NCBI RefSeq assembly: GCF_006345805.1
Contig: NC_043020.1
Span: 22,320,001-22,384,000 of the forward strand
DNA from: Octopus sinensis
Taxonomy: Eukaryota
Direction of reading: 5' to 3'
DNA length: 64,000 nt
Part shown: one piece after another, positions 1-12,480 of the stretch
How the letters are laid out: each line of letters starts with the position of its first letter
Position numbering within the stretch: the stretch's first letter is position 1
Program-made: the position numbers and the translations under genes
The notes under the pieces: generated by a model
Told to the model about the DNA's origin: nothing
Databases searched by the model: none
What the model saw: the letters and a program-made list of their open reading frames with translations, nothing else

Positions 1-1032
1 AGTTGAAAAAAAATCGATCTTAGTATCTATTTTCTTAAAAGTCTGGTATTTATTCTATCAGTTCCTTTTTACCAAACAGCTAAGTTATGGAGTTACGGGG
101 ACGAAAAGAAACCAACAACGGCTGTCGAACAACACATATATTTGAGGCACAAACACACTCACATATATTTGGAGAGAAAAAGAGAGATGGGGTGGGGGCA
201 CGATGAGTTTTTACTGAATTTTTGACGGAGAAAAAAAAACATTTTTTGACAAATAACCTAACAAAAACGAGCTTCTCTAAATGCATTTAAAAACTTTCTA
301 ACAATCCGAACACTATTTCAGAAATTATCATCGTTATTTTTGAGCATATAAAAGACAAATTAGGCCGGGGCAAAATGAGTAAGACAAGGTAAGGCAAATT
401 TGCTGCTCCAATTCTTCAGAATTACATTTGAAAACAGACTTAATATCCATCTCTGTAGATACGAAAGGCTTCTTTCAGTCTCTGTTTGCCAAATCCTCTC
501 ATAAGGCTTTGGTTGACGGGGGGAGGGGGGCATTGTGCCCAAGATGCCACGCTGTGGGACTGAACTCGGAACAGGTGAAATTTTTTTACAACTTTTTCCG
601 AAATAATCGTAATCTATACCACCTAAAATGTATCTCTAGAAAATTTCATGAGGCAAACAAAAATATGCGTTTGTGAGAATGACTGGTCGATCGATGAAGG
701 AAACTGATAAATCGGTGTTTAAGAAAGAAGGTTCCCTCAGGTAGTTATATCCGACACGTGTCATTAACCTAACTCTTCATTGTTACTATTTTTATCAAGC
801 ATTAGTGATTATTACAGACCTGTAACCAATAACACTATTGTTGTTGTTGTTATTGTGTTTAAACGCTCGCCAGCCCTGATTAAAAGTCCGTCCTAATGTG
901 ACAGCATCTCATTTCCCGGTGTGAAGTAACCCTCACCCCGTCAGACCAATTTTATCGAAGTTGGCATTTTCGAAGACGGTGATGATGATGGGGATGGTAT
1001 TATTTGCATAGGGATTCCTTCTTTGATTCTAT

Positions 1033-1122
1033 ATCAGCAACAGCAGCAACAAGAATATTAATCAGCAACAGCAGCAACAAGAATATTAATCAGCAACAGT
1101 AACATTAATCAGCAGTAGCAGC
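1033..1122. repeat. 28-bp tandem repeat upstream of the CTH ATG
   Basis: ATCAGCAACAGCAGCAACAAGAATATTA twice exactly (1033-1060, 1061-1088) plus two shortened units. Confidence 0.9.
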
Positions 1123-1268
1123 GGTAACCTCACCGCCACCTTTCACATGCTGTCAGTTGGTTTGCTCACAACGAACCACCAAGTCAGTCACCGAAGATAC
1201 TGTCCCTCGTCGCTTTTAAACCTAAAACACTTTCTCTTTCTCCCTTGTTCGTTCTTGCTAGAAAGGTC

Positions 1269-1430
1269 ATGTCTACAAATCACGGACACGAATTTGGGAA
1301 ATCGTTCCCCCATTTCGCTACAAATGCTATCCATGAGGGCCAAGAACCAGATCAATGGAACTCCAGGATGGTGGTTCCACCCATCACTATGTCGACAACA
1401 TTTAAACAGAAGGAACCAGGGAACAGTTAT
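1269..1430 (+). CDS. CTH: CTH coding exon 1 (MSTNHGHEF...HFATNAIHEGQEPDQWNSRMVVPPITMSTTFKQKEPGNSY)
   Basis: Matches the CTH N-terminal HFATxAIHxGQxPxQW...VVPPIxxSTTFKQ motif; GTAAGT donor at 1431, phase 0. Confidence 0.95.
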
Positions 1431-3665
1431 GTAAGTAAATGCGACAAAATTAATAACACTGTTGTCTTTGTTATTTGAATTCCTAACGTGAGGGAGCAAG
1501 GTTTCACATCGTAATAGTGAAGGCTCGAAGTCGATTCCACCCTTCCACATATATTCTTTGTCTGTCTCTATATGTGTGTTTATATAGCCTTACTATAACT
1601 ATACAGTATGCGTAATATATATATATATATATAAAATGTTCAAGTGAGGTTATATTCTTTTAAAAACAAGTTCGCGTGGGGTTACTTAGTACTGAAAATA
1701 ATTATGGGGCTTGTGTTTATTAAAAAGGTCGTGTCGATCGGAAACGTGTTTTCTCTAACAATATTTTGAAAGTCTCTGGTTGAATACAGCGTTAGAGGAA
1801 ACTCGAAGTCCCAATCAATACGATGTTTACACACACACACATATATATATGTATGGTTATATAATCGGATTGTTAAATAACACTTCGTTGTACTCCTAGC
1901 TCAAAACCAATTGCTAAGAACAACCGCGGTAAATATATACGGTATACTTCAAATGATGTATATGTCTATATGGGGATGGGGCACAATGGGGAGATTTTTA
2001 TTGCATCTTTGACTTTGAGATAAAATATATTTTTTACAAATGTTCACTACCTTACAAAACTTATATCAGCCTAGCAAAAGGCCTTCCCTAAATTCATTAA
2101 AAACTTTCCAACATAATCTGAACACTATTTCAGAAAATTATCGCAGTTTTTTTTTTTTTAGCATATAAAAGACAAATTTGGTTGGGGCAAAATGAGTAAG
2201 ACAAAATATGGTAAATTTGCCGCTCCAAATCGCCAGAATGACATTTGAAAACATACACATTAATATCCACTTCGACAGAGGTGAGGGATACATACACCAC
2301 CCATTTTCGGCGTAACAAAAACCCTAAACACCGGGTGTGTGTATTCTTTACTTTCGCCTCCACTTCTAGACAATCAGAAATGCAAAAAACAAAAAAAAAT
2401 AAATAAAATAAAGTTAAATGAAAGAAACTTAGGGAAAAAGGCACAAGATATGAAATCAACAAAACTTGGGCAGAGGTAAAGAATACGCACACCACCCGTT
2501 TTCGGCGTAACCCTAACCACCGAAAACGGGTGGTGTGCGTATTCTTTACCATTGTCCAAAACTTGATTTAGTCGAATTTAATGCTGAGTTTTTTGGGTTT
2601 TTTCATTATAAAAAAAACAAAACATTCTTCACGATTTACTGGAGTGTCATCTTCGTACCGTGAAAAAGAAATAAAAATTTGTCATTACTCATTTTACCCC
2701 ATTTTAGATCCCCTAATTTCTAAACTTGAAAATTATCAAGTTAGACATTTAGTGTGGGTAAAAAATTGATTTGGAATCTAGCAGAGAAAAGAAGATATAT
2801 TTTTAAATACCAAAAATTATCCAGATAATTAGTAACGTCAATTACAATCGGGTTGAGGAAAAATTTCTTGAAAAAAGAGGACCCGCCACCTGACCATGTT
2901 TGGGGCTCTCTTAACTTCAATAACAGTACCCATGCTGACCAATTTTCACTCCTAAATATAATGTAGCAATACAAAAGAATGATGCAATACTTGCCAACGA
3001 ATGATTTTGAACAGGTTGGGAGGAAATAACATGAGATTAGAAATTACTCATTTTACCCCGGTTACTAATTTTGCTCATTGTAGAAACCTGACCATGTAAC
3101 TTTATTCAACTGATATCTACCTACCTACCCCCCTCGTTGTACAAACATGCATATATACAGGTTGGTTACGAAAAAAGAAAACTCGTACAATGCTCTTTTT
3201 TTTTTTTACCAAAACAAAAAAAATTACAATAAAAATATTATTATAAGTTATGATAAATGATACTGAAAATATCAAAAATGAGGCTAACTTTTAATTTTTT
3301 AAAAATAAAAATAGAATATCATAGGGTTTTTTCTTTTGCACCCATTGTTTACTTGCTTTCGGTCTTTATTTAAGTTGTAGCTGTTCGTTAACAACAGCCT
3401 CTGAATACCAAATCGAGGGGACCTCTTAGAAACGACATGCTAGTCTCTTAGCGAGTGATTTGTCTATTTACCTACCTCCAACTAAATCTGTTTCGTTTCC
3501 CCCCACTGACTCGTAAACTATTATTTACTTAGACTGCATTTGTGGAATCTCTGAATTTCTAAGGCTTTTCTCTATTTAAGTGTAAGATATATCCCGTGTG
3601 AAATGGTAATTATAATTTAGATTAATTAATTTTGGTAATTTCCATATTCATTAATGTAAGATGAG

Positions 3666-3918
3666 GGTACTACTTAAGAGTGGTCCCGGTACGTGCACTC
3701 GCATACTCGCGCATCCGCGCTAGCTAGTCGTGACTAGTTGGTCCTTTGTTTTTGTTTTATTTACTTTGTTTAAAAAAATATTTACTTTGTGTAATAAAAA
3801 TTATTTATTTTGTGTTTTATTTACTTTGCTAGGAAGTCGTTGTAGGATCGACTAGTAACGACTAGCTAGCGCGGATGCGTGAGTGCGCGCACCGGGACCA
3901 CTCTTCTTAAGTAGTACC
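3666..3918. mobile_element. MITE-like element with ~75-bp terminal inverted repeats
   Basis: GGTACTACTTAAGAGTGGTCCCGGT...CGCATCCGCGCTAGCTAGTCG at left and its reverse complement at right around a T-rich core; no clear TSD. Confidence 0.7.
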
Positions 3919-4666
3919 GGAGGATTTCTGTGTTTATCAGTGGGAATTAGTGTGGTGTCGTGCTGCTGCTGTTTATATCTCGCTCAGAGATTTATTATTG
4001 CTTATATATATATATATATATAAACTTAATTTTTGACAAAAAAGGGTTCCTTAGACACGTTAAAATACAGTTAATATAATGCATCAGAATTTGTGTAAAT
4101 ATATAAGACTCAAAACGAGCTCCCGCTCTCTCTGTGTTTTGTGTACCAGCTGAGAAGGTAGACTCGGCGCTTTTCTAAGGGCATTTAAGATTAACTGAAT
4201 GAAGGTAGACAGATGTCGTCAATCAGGAAACCTGACTCAAATGCTTTGCAGTAAAGGGGTTACTGTTAATGGAAACCTCAGGTAACAGATGTGTCGTGTG
4301 GCATTTCAAGTTTATGTGTCAAACATGCATAACAAATACCACACTTAAAGGATCTAGTCTGTCTCACTCACAAAATCAGTCCCTTTTAATTAGACTAGAT
4401 CCCACTGAAACATTGATCACTTCAATTTTAAACTTCTTGATCTCGTAGGTCCTATTTTGTACATCTGTTTATTGTTGGCTTTCGGTCCCTTGGGTCTGAC
4501 CTCTATATTGAGAACATAGATCACATATGTGATCTGCTTGATATAGCAGCGCAAAATTTCCCTCGAATTACATCCTGTCCTCCCTCTTCGTCACTTATAT
4601 ATGAAAATCCTTGACATGTCCTATGATATACTCTTAGGTACTCTGTACTTGACTGAAAAATAAACA

Positions 4667-5023
4667 GGTGTAGGAGTGGCTGTGTGGTAAGTAGCTTGCT
4701 TACCAACTACATGATTCTGGGTTCAGTCCCACTGTGTGGCACCTTGAGTAAGTGTCTTCTACTGTAGCCGCTGGCCGACCAAAGCCTTGCGAGTGGATTT
4801 GGTAGATGGAAACTGAAAGAAGCCCGTCGTATATATATGTATGTGCGTGCATATGTTTGTGTGTCTGTGTTTGTCTCCCCAACATCACTTGACAGTCGAT
4901 GCTGGTATGTTTACGTCTGGTTTGGCAAAAAGACCGATAGAATAAGTACTAGGGGTCGATTTGCTCGACTAAAGGCAGTGCTCCAGCATGGCCACAGTCA
5001 TATGACTGAAACAAGTAAAAGAG
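4667..5023 (+). mobile_element. tRNA-derived SINE, abundant octopus family (OK-like), full length
   Basis: Head GGTGTAGGAGTGGCTGTGTGG...GGTTCAGTCCC, central (TA/TG)n, tail ACTGAAACAAGTAAAAGAG. Other copies about 8049-8453(+), 12481-12827(-), 42098-42517(+); partials near 440-570(-), 13195-13392(+), 23310-23470(-), 31365-31512(-). Confidence 0.85.
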
Positions 5024-5211
5024 TAGATGTGGTGCTCTTAGGTGGAACACCGTTGAATCGAGACTGACTTGAGTTGATTAGATAAAAGTTCCAATAATAC
5101 CAGAGCGTAGCATTTCTATATTTGTTGATGTGGATATTAAGGCCTTTGTGGTTCCAGGTTTCATATAATTTCATATCTCCCTCTCCCCCTCTCTCTCTCT
5201 ACATACGTATA

Positions 5212-5432
5212 TGAGGGGCTGGGGCTGAAAAGTTCCTGGCTTTGGGTAAAAAACAAATACAGGAGCATCAGTTAATTATAATTCTATTCAGCATATTCCC
5301 CTCTCAGATTCACACACTTGTTGCAGTGGCCCTTCAGTTTTTCTAAGCCTTGTAAAAGAATTTGGAAGGTTGGGTCTCCAACTAGGACTTTTGTGACACC
5401 TCTAAAGCCAAGAACTTTTCAGCACTCCCTCG
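5212..5432. mobile_element. Tc1/mariner-type MITE
   Basis: TIRs GAGGGG..GCTGAAAAGTTCCTGGCTTT and AAAGCCAAGAACTTTTCAGCACTCCCTCG; TA at the left flank. Confidence 0.75.
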
Positions 5433-5507
5433 TTTATTATCCGTGTGTTATTTGTTGGCTGTAATCACATGAAAGTCGGATAGAAACGTAAATCCTCTCT
5501 CACACCT

Positions 5508-5760
5508 CATGGCTTAGTGGTTAGGGTGTTGCACTCACAATTGTGAGATCGTGGGTCCGATTCCCAGACCTGGCGTTGTGTTGTGTTCTTGAGCAATGCA
5601 CTTCATTTCATGTTGCTCTGCGGTCATTTCGTCCTCTGACATGTGCCATCCAGTTGCACCTGTACAGGTAATGTCGATCTATTGGAGGGAGTGAGCTTAT
5701 GTGTACACAAACATTTAATCACTATAAACAAATCATCTGTGGTTGTTCGGCAAGAAACTT
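5508..5760 (+). mobile_element. Older tRNA-headed SINE (separate family)
   Basis: TGGCTTAGTGG A-box and GGTCCGATTCCC B-box-like head, followed by the TTGTGTTCTTGAGCAA body. Confidence 0.6.
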
Positions 5761-7031
5761 AATTCTTTATTTTCCACAAAGGGCTTAAACATAGAGGGAC
5801 AATACAGGATAGACAAGGACGGGTCATGACGACAAGTTAAATATTTCACTTCACCTCTCTCTATGCAACGTATACATGCTGTACATGTCTGCATGTATAC
5901 ATGCTGTCTTTTTGTATATTTAAGTTGTAGCTGTCCGTTAACAACGACCTCTGAATACAAAACAGGGTATCGCCTAGAAATGATATGCTGGTCTCTCGGC
6001 TAGTGTTTATATATAAAAGCAATTAAATCGGTTAAATTAGTCTTACTAAATCAGAGGTTCTCTCTCTGACTCCTAGACTATTATTTACTTACACTGCGCG
6101 TGTGGAATCCCTGAATTTCCTCAAAGACTCTAAGGTTTTTCGGCAAGACTTTGCCCCCCCCCCAAAAAAAAAAACACCCTTTAAAAAAATTTCAAAACAT
6201 TTCTGTACTTACGGTTACGGTTTTAGGGTTAGTGTTGGGGAAAAAAGTCAAAATTGAAGAAGTTGGGGTGAAAAGGTGGGGAAAATTTCACAATGTCGAT
6301 TTTTGGCAATTTTCCGGAACTTCTGTATCCGAAAACGGTGGTTGTTGGCAAAAAAAAAAATTACAAAAATAAACAAATTTGGGAGAAAATGGTGGTGGTG
6401 GTGGTGGTGGGGGGGGAGGCAGAAGTCTTTCCGGTTTTCCTTTTTTTAATTTTAAAACATATACTTGCAATGTAATATTTCAAACAGGGAAAGAAAAAAT
6501 GAGAAATCAGAAGTTACTCATTTTGCCCCGGTTATTAATTTTATCCCCCTCCCTCATATATTTACACACGGAAATCTGAAGGATTGGCACCGTATTACTT
6601 ACTCTTACTTTTCACCATTGTCGCCCTTTAGAAAAATAGTAAACTCGTAATTAATTGCACAATCCAGCTGGGTTGTGTGTAATCAACGATGTTAATGGAT
6701 ATTATTTGGCTTTGAAAATAAATGCAGTGTTGCGTGAAATTTGTCTTTTGAACTGTGAAACAGGGAATAAATCACTTTCTACACATGTGTCCACTCACAT
6801 GTGTTCAGGCAGAAAACATCAAGGGTATATTTTGCATGTGCTTTGCGTTTTCTATCTAAATATCCGCTCACTTATTGTTTTGTTTACCATTTCTTATTTA
6901 TATTTATGTAGTAAACTGTATGTTTATTTACATACAATGGAATAACATTGTTATTGATATAGGTAATAAAAACCAGTAAATTCTTCATATCTTTAATATC
7001 CCTTAGGTGATTTTAACACCTAGCTAAATTG

Positions 7032-7092
<61 letters not shown>

Positions 7093-8048
7093 CACGATGG
7101 GCTTCTTTCGATTTTGTGGGTACTATGCACTTAAAAACAAGGGGAAAAACCTTTTTGTAAAAAAAAAAAAAAATTTCAACACCATATTTATGAATTTCTT
7201 AACATGATACATGAAATTTTTTTTTTTTCTTGCATTATTCAAATGTGTTTATGGGGAGAAAAATATTAAACAAAGAAACAAGCAAGGTATCAGATGGTTG
7301 TGAGACATGCTAAAAAACAACACCTAAAGCATCTTTAACTTTTTCCTGGGTAATAGGAAAAGTTTAAATAAAAATTCCAGAGAAACAAATTCATAAATAT
7401 GGTGTTGACTACAACTTCACTATGTAAAAAGTTGAAGGCAATTTAGCTGTTGCTTTTAACACATCAAGCAACTATCTGATACTTTTGAGTAATGAAAAAA
7501 GATTTTATAAAAAACCAAAAAAATTCTAAGTATTGAGTTAAGAAATTTATGAATATGTGATTGAAAAACTTTTTTTTTAACGAAAAGGGATCTCTCTTCA
7601 TTTTTAAGGGTATAGTGCCCACATAATCGACCAAAATTGAACCAGAGGGGTTGTAAAAAAAAGTCATTTTACGAAAATTTTTGTTTTTGATAAAAAGTTA
7701 CCCTCCATAATTTCCAGGGACACTGTGAAAAAAATCTGAAAAATTTCTGTTAAAACAGAAATTCCATCTTATGTGGGCGACCTATCCCTTACGTCCAACA
7801 AAAGGTTATATGCCTATGGCCATTGGTCACTTTTAACTTCTTTTTTAGCTCACTTTGAAAACATAAGTGACAGACCCTTGATGAAACTGCAGCGACAAGA
7901 ATGCATAATTGCATACAGAGCAGCGTGTAGTTTCTGCAGTAGAAACATATGTTGGTCACTTCTATATATGCTGAAGAAAAGTTTTTAATAAAAAATGTTT
8001 TGGATGTGAATAAATCTCTGCTCTTCTCTTGGTTCTTAATTATATATA

Positions 8049-8453
8049 GGTGCAGGTGTGGCTGTGTGGTAAGAAGCTTGATTCTCAACTACATGGTTCC
8101 TGGTTCAGTCCCACTGCATGGCACCTTGGGCAAGTGTTTTCTACTATAGCCTCGGGCCGACCAAAGCCTTGTGAGTGGATTTGGTAGATGGAAACTGAAA
8201 GAAGTCTGTTGTGTGTGTATATATATATATATACACACACGTATGTATTTGTTTGTGTGTTAGCGTTTGTCCCCCCCCCCCACCATTGCTTGACAACTTG
8301 GTGTGTTTACATCCTCGTAACTTAGCAGTTTGGCAAAAGAGAGTCCGATAGAATAAGTACTAGGTTTACAAAAAATGTCTTGGGGTTGATTTGTCCGACT
8401 AAAGGTGGTACTCCAGCATGGCCACAATCAAATGACTGAAACAAGTAAAAGAG
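8049..8453 (+). mobile_element. OK-like tRNA-derived SINE copy
   Basis: Colinear with the 4667-5023 copy. Confidence 0.85.
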
Positions 8454-8479
8454 GATATATATATATATATATATATAAT

Positions 8480-8614
8480 CGACGGTGGAGTTACGATTTG
8501 AGGAAGCCGATTGGGATGACATGGATGAGAACGGCGTGATCCAGAGAGGAGTGGACAGGGTACTGTGACCAGCGGTGTCAAATGGATGCCCAACGGACTG
8601 GTCAATCAAGGTGA
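8480..8614 (+). mobile_element. 3' terminal fragment of the RTE-1-type LINE
   Basis: Reads RRWSYDLRKPIGMTWMRTA*SREEWTGYCDQRCQMDAQRTGQSR*; its first 83 nt are the reverse complement of 8807-8889. Confidence 0.85.
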
Positions 8615-8639
8615 TTTATATATATATATATATATATAT

Positions 8640-8805
8640 AGGGAGAGTTCACAAAAACAACAAAAGACAAAGACAGGTGGTGTAGAAAACAAACAGATGT
8701 ATTAGTATAACGCTCAGGAATTGAAAAATTCTTTTACGTTTCAAGCCTATGCTCTTCTACAGAAAGAAACAAGGAGAGAAAAAAAAATGTGTAGTGGCTA
8801 CTGAT
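8640..8805 (-). mobile_element. Short Penelope-like terminal fragment with minimal hammerhead-like motif
   Basis: Homologous to 16783-16980 and 63170-63330; sits against (TA)n; contains TTTTACGTTTC..GCTCTTCNNCAGAAAG. Confidence 0.6.
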
Positions 8806-8806
8806 C

Positions 8807-11490
8807 TACCCTGTCCACTCCTCTCTGGATCGCGCCGTTCTCATCCATGTCATCCCAATCGGCTTCCTCAAATCGTAACTCCACCGTCGTGGAGGCCTCC
8901 TGGGTGGTCATTTCCACTTGCGCGGGTACCACTCGACAACTGTGCGGGTCCACCAATTATTGGTGAGCCGGGCGATGTGTCCAGCCCATCTAAACTTGCT
9001 GTGTGCATACTCTGTAATGACATCCCTCACGCCGGACTTCTTTCTGATGATCTCGCTACTGATGTGCTCTCTCAACGAGATACCAAGCATTGACCTTTCC
9101 ATGGCTCTTTGAGCCGTTACCAGTCTTTGCTCTTCTCTCTTTGTGGTAGCCCATGTTTCACTACCATATAACATTGCAGGTAGAACTGTACTGTTGATGT
9201 GGTTGGTGCAGGTGGTCCTGTCCAACCTTCCCTTGAGCACATCCTTTATGCCATTAAACGCCTTCCATCTGGCCCTTACTCTCCGTGAGATCTCCTTTTC
9301 GATATCTTGGCACATATTCACTTCCTGTCCCAGGTAGACATATTCCTTTACCTCCTCTTTTTCATCACTGCCGATCACCATTCGACCTGTTGGTACATTG
9401 TCTGACCGCATGAACTTCGTTTTCATGCGGTTCATCTTGAGACCTACTGTAAAGCTTTTGATGTCGAGCTCCGTCAGCATGGTCTGAAGCTGATCCGTGG
9501 TTTCAGTGATGAGTATGGGTGAAGAGCTCGCCATTGATGTTGACACCGCCTTGCCAGTCGATGCCTCTGATGAGCTCGAGACATGCGGTGAAAAGTTTTG
9601 GGGAGATCGTATCTCCTTGCTTCACTCCCTTCTCGACCGGCACTCGTATTGGTGATGACAGCAGAGCTATGTCGGTGGTGCATCCGGAATTTGCCTCCCT
9701 GAGCAGTTGCACATATTGCGCCTCAACTCCTTGCCTCTGCAGCGAGTTCAGCACTGCGTTGGTTTCAACACTATCGAAAGCCTTCTCATAGTCTACAAAT
9801 GCAACGCAAAGAGGCAGCTGGTACTCATTCGCTCACTCAACCAGTTGTGTTAGAGTAAATATATGGTCCATCATGCTGTAGTTCTTCTCTCGGTTGTTGT
9901 TCGTCGAGATGACGTGATAACCTGTTCAGAATTATTTTTGTGAACAGCTTGTACACGTGAGACAGCAGGCATACGGGTCGGTAGTTCTTTAGATCTTCTC
10001 TATCACCCTTCTTATATAGCAGGATGGTATTTGACTATTTCCATTGCGAGGGAATTCTTCCTTTCGTCTAGATAGTGCGTAAATCTCTCAGCGAGGAATT
10101 TCCAGAGCTGCTCACTGCCTGACTTTAGCACCTCCGATGTTATATCGTCTTTCCCTGGCGCCTTTCCATTTTTCATCAAGCCGATGGCTCTTTCAACTTC
10201 ACTGACAAGGATAGGTGGCACATTTTCTTCCTGTTGGAGTGATGGTAATGGCTGGACATTTCTGGTAGACTCAAAGAGCTTGGTGTAGAAGTCTTCGCAA
10301 ACTTTTTTCATCTCGCTCTTATCGTTGACCGGTATTCCATCTGTATTCTTCAGGGCCGTCACCTCCGATCTATATAGTACCATGTCCCTCTTGCATTTCT
10401 TGAGGGTCTTTTTTTCCTCTGCGGCCTTCAAGAGCTTCTCCATCCGGTATGCCTCAAAGTCTTTCTTTAGTTGCTGACGAATCACTCTGCTGAGAATGGA
10501 ATATTCAAGGTGATCTTCAATAGTCCTCTTCATATTTTTCCTCTTCTCGAGTAACTTCGTAGTTTCTTCCGAGATTCTTCCTTTCTTTTCTCTTAGACAT
10601 ACTCCCTTAGCCTTCCTTAAACACTCCTTCAGTTTCCCTATCAGTGAGTTGTAGTCATCGTCTATGTTGTCTCCTTGGCACCAGTTTTCCTGCATGATGG
10701 CTTCCTGCAGCTTTGCCTCATTGTAGACTCGGACACGTTTTTCCATTCGACGCCAAATACAGCGCCATCTTCTCCCTCTTCCTGTCAATGACGACCCTCG
10801 CCCTCACCAGACGATGATCGCTGCCAGTATTGAATGGCATCACGACGGAGACGTCATGTAATATGCATCGCTTATCAACCAGGATGTAGTCGATCTCACT
10901 CCGGTGCTTAGAGTTCGGCGATATCCAGGTCCATCTCTTCTTCTCCCTCTTCCTGAATAGGCTGTTTCCGATGTAGATCCACCTCACGTGTCTCACACAG
11001 CCCGAACACATCGCACCTGATCTTCTTCCTCTCCTCCATTAGGTGGTTCAGTTCTTGCCACCCTGCCAAGGACCTGCAGTTGTAGGTGCATATGGCGAGT
11101 TTAGTCCTGTTCCATGACAGCCCTTGGGAACCTGTGATTCTTAGCAGCCTCTCGTCGCTCGGGCTGCACTCTGCCGTTATGGAGTGGCCCGATTGACGTG
11201 CAGGGTACTGAGGCCCTTTTCCTTTTCTCTTCGTTCTTCGTGCTGTTTTAGCCATAAGATGACGCCATCCCACTGGCTGGGCGGGCAGGCTGGCATTTTG
11301 TTGGATGGCCGTTGACTGTTCAGGAGTTCATCCACCCTTTGTTGGGTCTTATTTTTCCATCCCACAGGGTGTCCAACAGCACCCTCCTCACCAAGCGAGC
11401 CTGGTGGGGTTGTCAGTTTAGTCGCCGACGTCTCAACCATGCAACAGGTTGTATTGGATTACATGTTACCAGTAGCACTCTAGAGCGACC
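8807..11490 (-). mobile_element. Decayed near-full-length RTE-clade LINE (RTE-1 type)
   Basis: ORF pieces give an APE start (AICTYNCRSL, DVFGLCETR, SEIDYIL, SDHRLV) and RT (KAPGKDDI, FVDYEKAFDSVE, GVKQGDTISPKLF, YVYLGQ, WAGHIAR). Frameshifts; most of the endonuclease deleted near 10985; FADD motif deleted near 9515. Confidence 0.9.
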
Positions 11491-11680
11491 TGACAGTAAT
11501 ATATATATATCTATATATATATAATACACCCACCCACCACCTGTTTGTTTGTCAGGTTCATTCTCACCTGCTGCTCTGTCTCCTTCTCCTGCTATTTTTA
11601 ACAGGAGAGAGAAATGATTCATATATTTCTTCATTTCAAGTAAACATTTTGTTTTCACATGCAAAACAAAGGCATTGCAT

Positions 11681-11727
<47 letters not shown>

Positions 11728-12480
11728 GTGAGAGTTAGTGACACAGAGAGACGGGGAGTGAGTGGTGACAAGTCGTTTGAAATATTTTTGATGTTTTTGT
11801 ATATTTACTTTCTTTTAAAATAACAATATAAAACATTCTACTTTGTTTGTCATTGCATCATTAACATTCTCTCAATGTGTATGTGTGTGTGGTTTAATAT
11901 TTTACTCTGGCATTGCCATACTATTGACCTATATACTTTATCTACATATGCGTAGGATTAACGCATTAGTTGAGTCCAGACTGGTTGTAAAAGAATGAGA
12001 TGACAAAGGAATAAGCGATTATCTTGTGAATTTCATTAGGTTACAGTTGTTTCTGCTTCAAGAGACAGTGAACTCGTAGTTGAGTGCCTGAGTAACACCT
12101 TATAACCTCAGCAGAGCCTCAAACATAAAGAGTAAGCTAATGTTCATAAAATAATTGTTTCTTCTTTTGTCATCTCATTTTCTTATACCAAAACAGGAGA
12201 TTGGAAAAAAAAACCAAAAACGTTTGGTATTATATTTCTACCAGTTGCGAATAAATAATCCCCAATCGTTTTTCTAATCTCCCATTTTGATATGTAATTA
12301 ATCTGCTAAAAGTATTTTCCAGTATTTTTCCATTCTTAATAACTTACACAGATATAACATCTGCATAGAATTTTGGAGAACTGGAATAATAAGTAGGTTT
12401 GCTTCAAGAAGACACAACTTGGATTATAATCCTTTCTGCATAATACATGTGTGCAGATTGATGTAAATGCATATATATAC

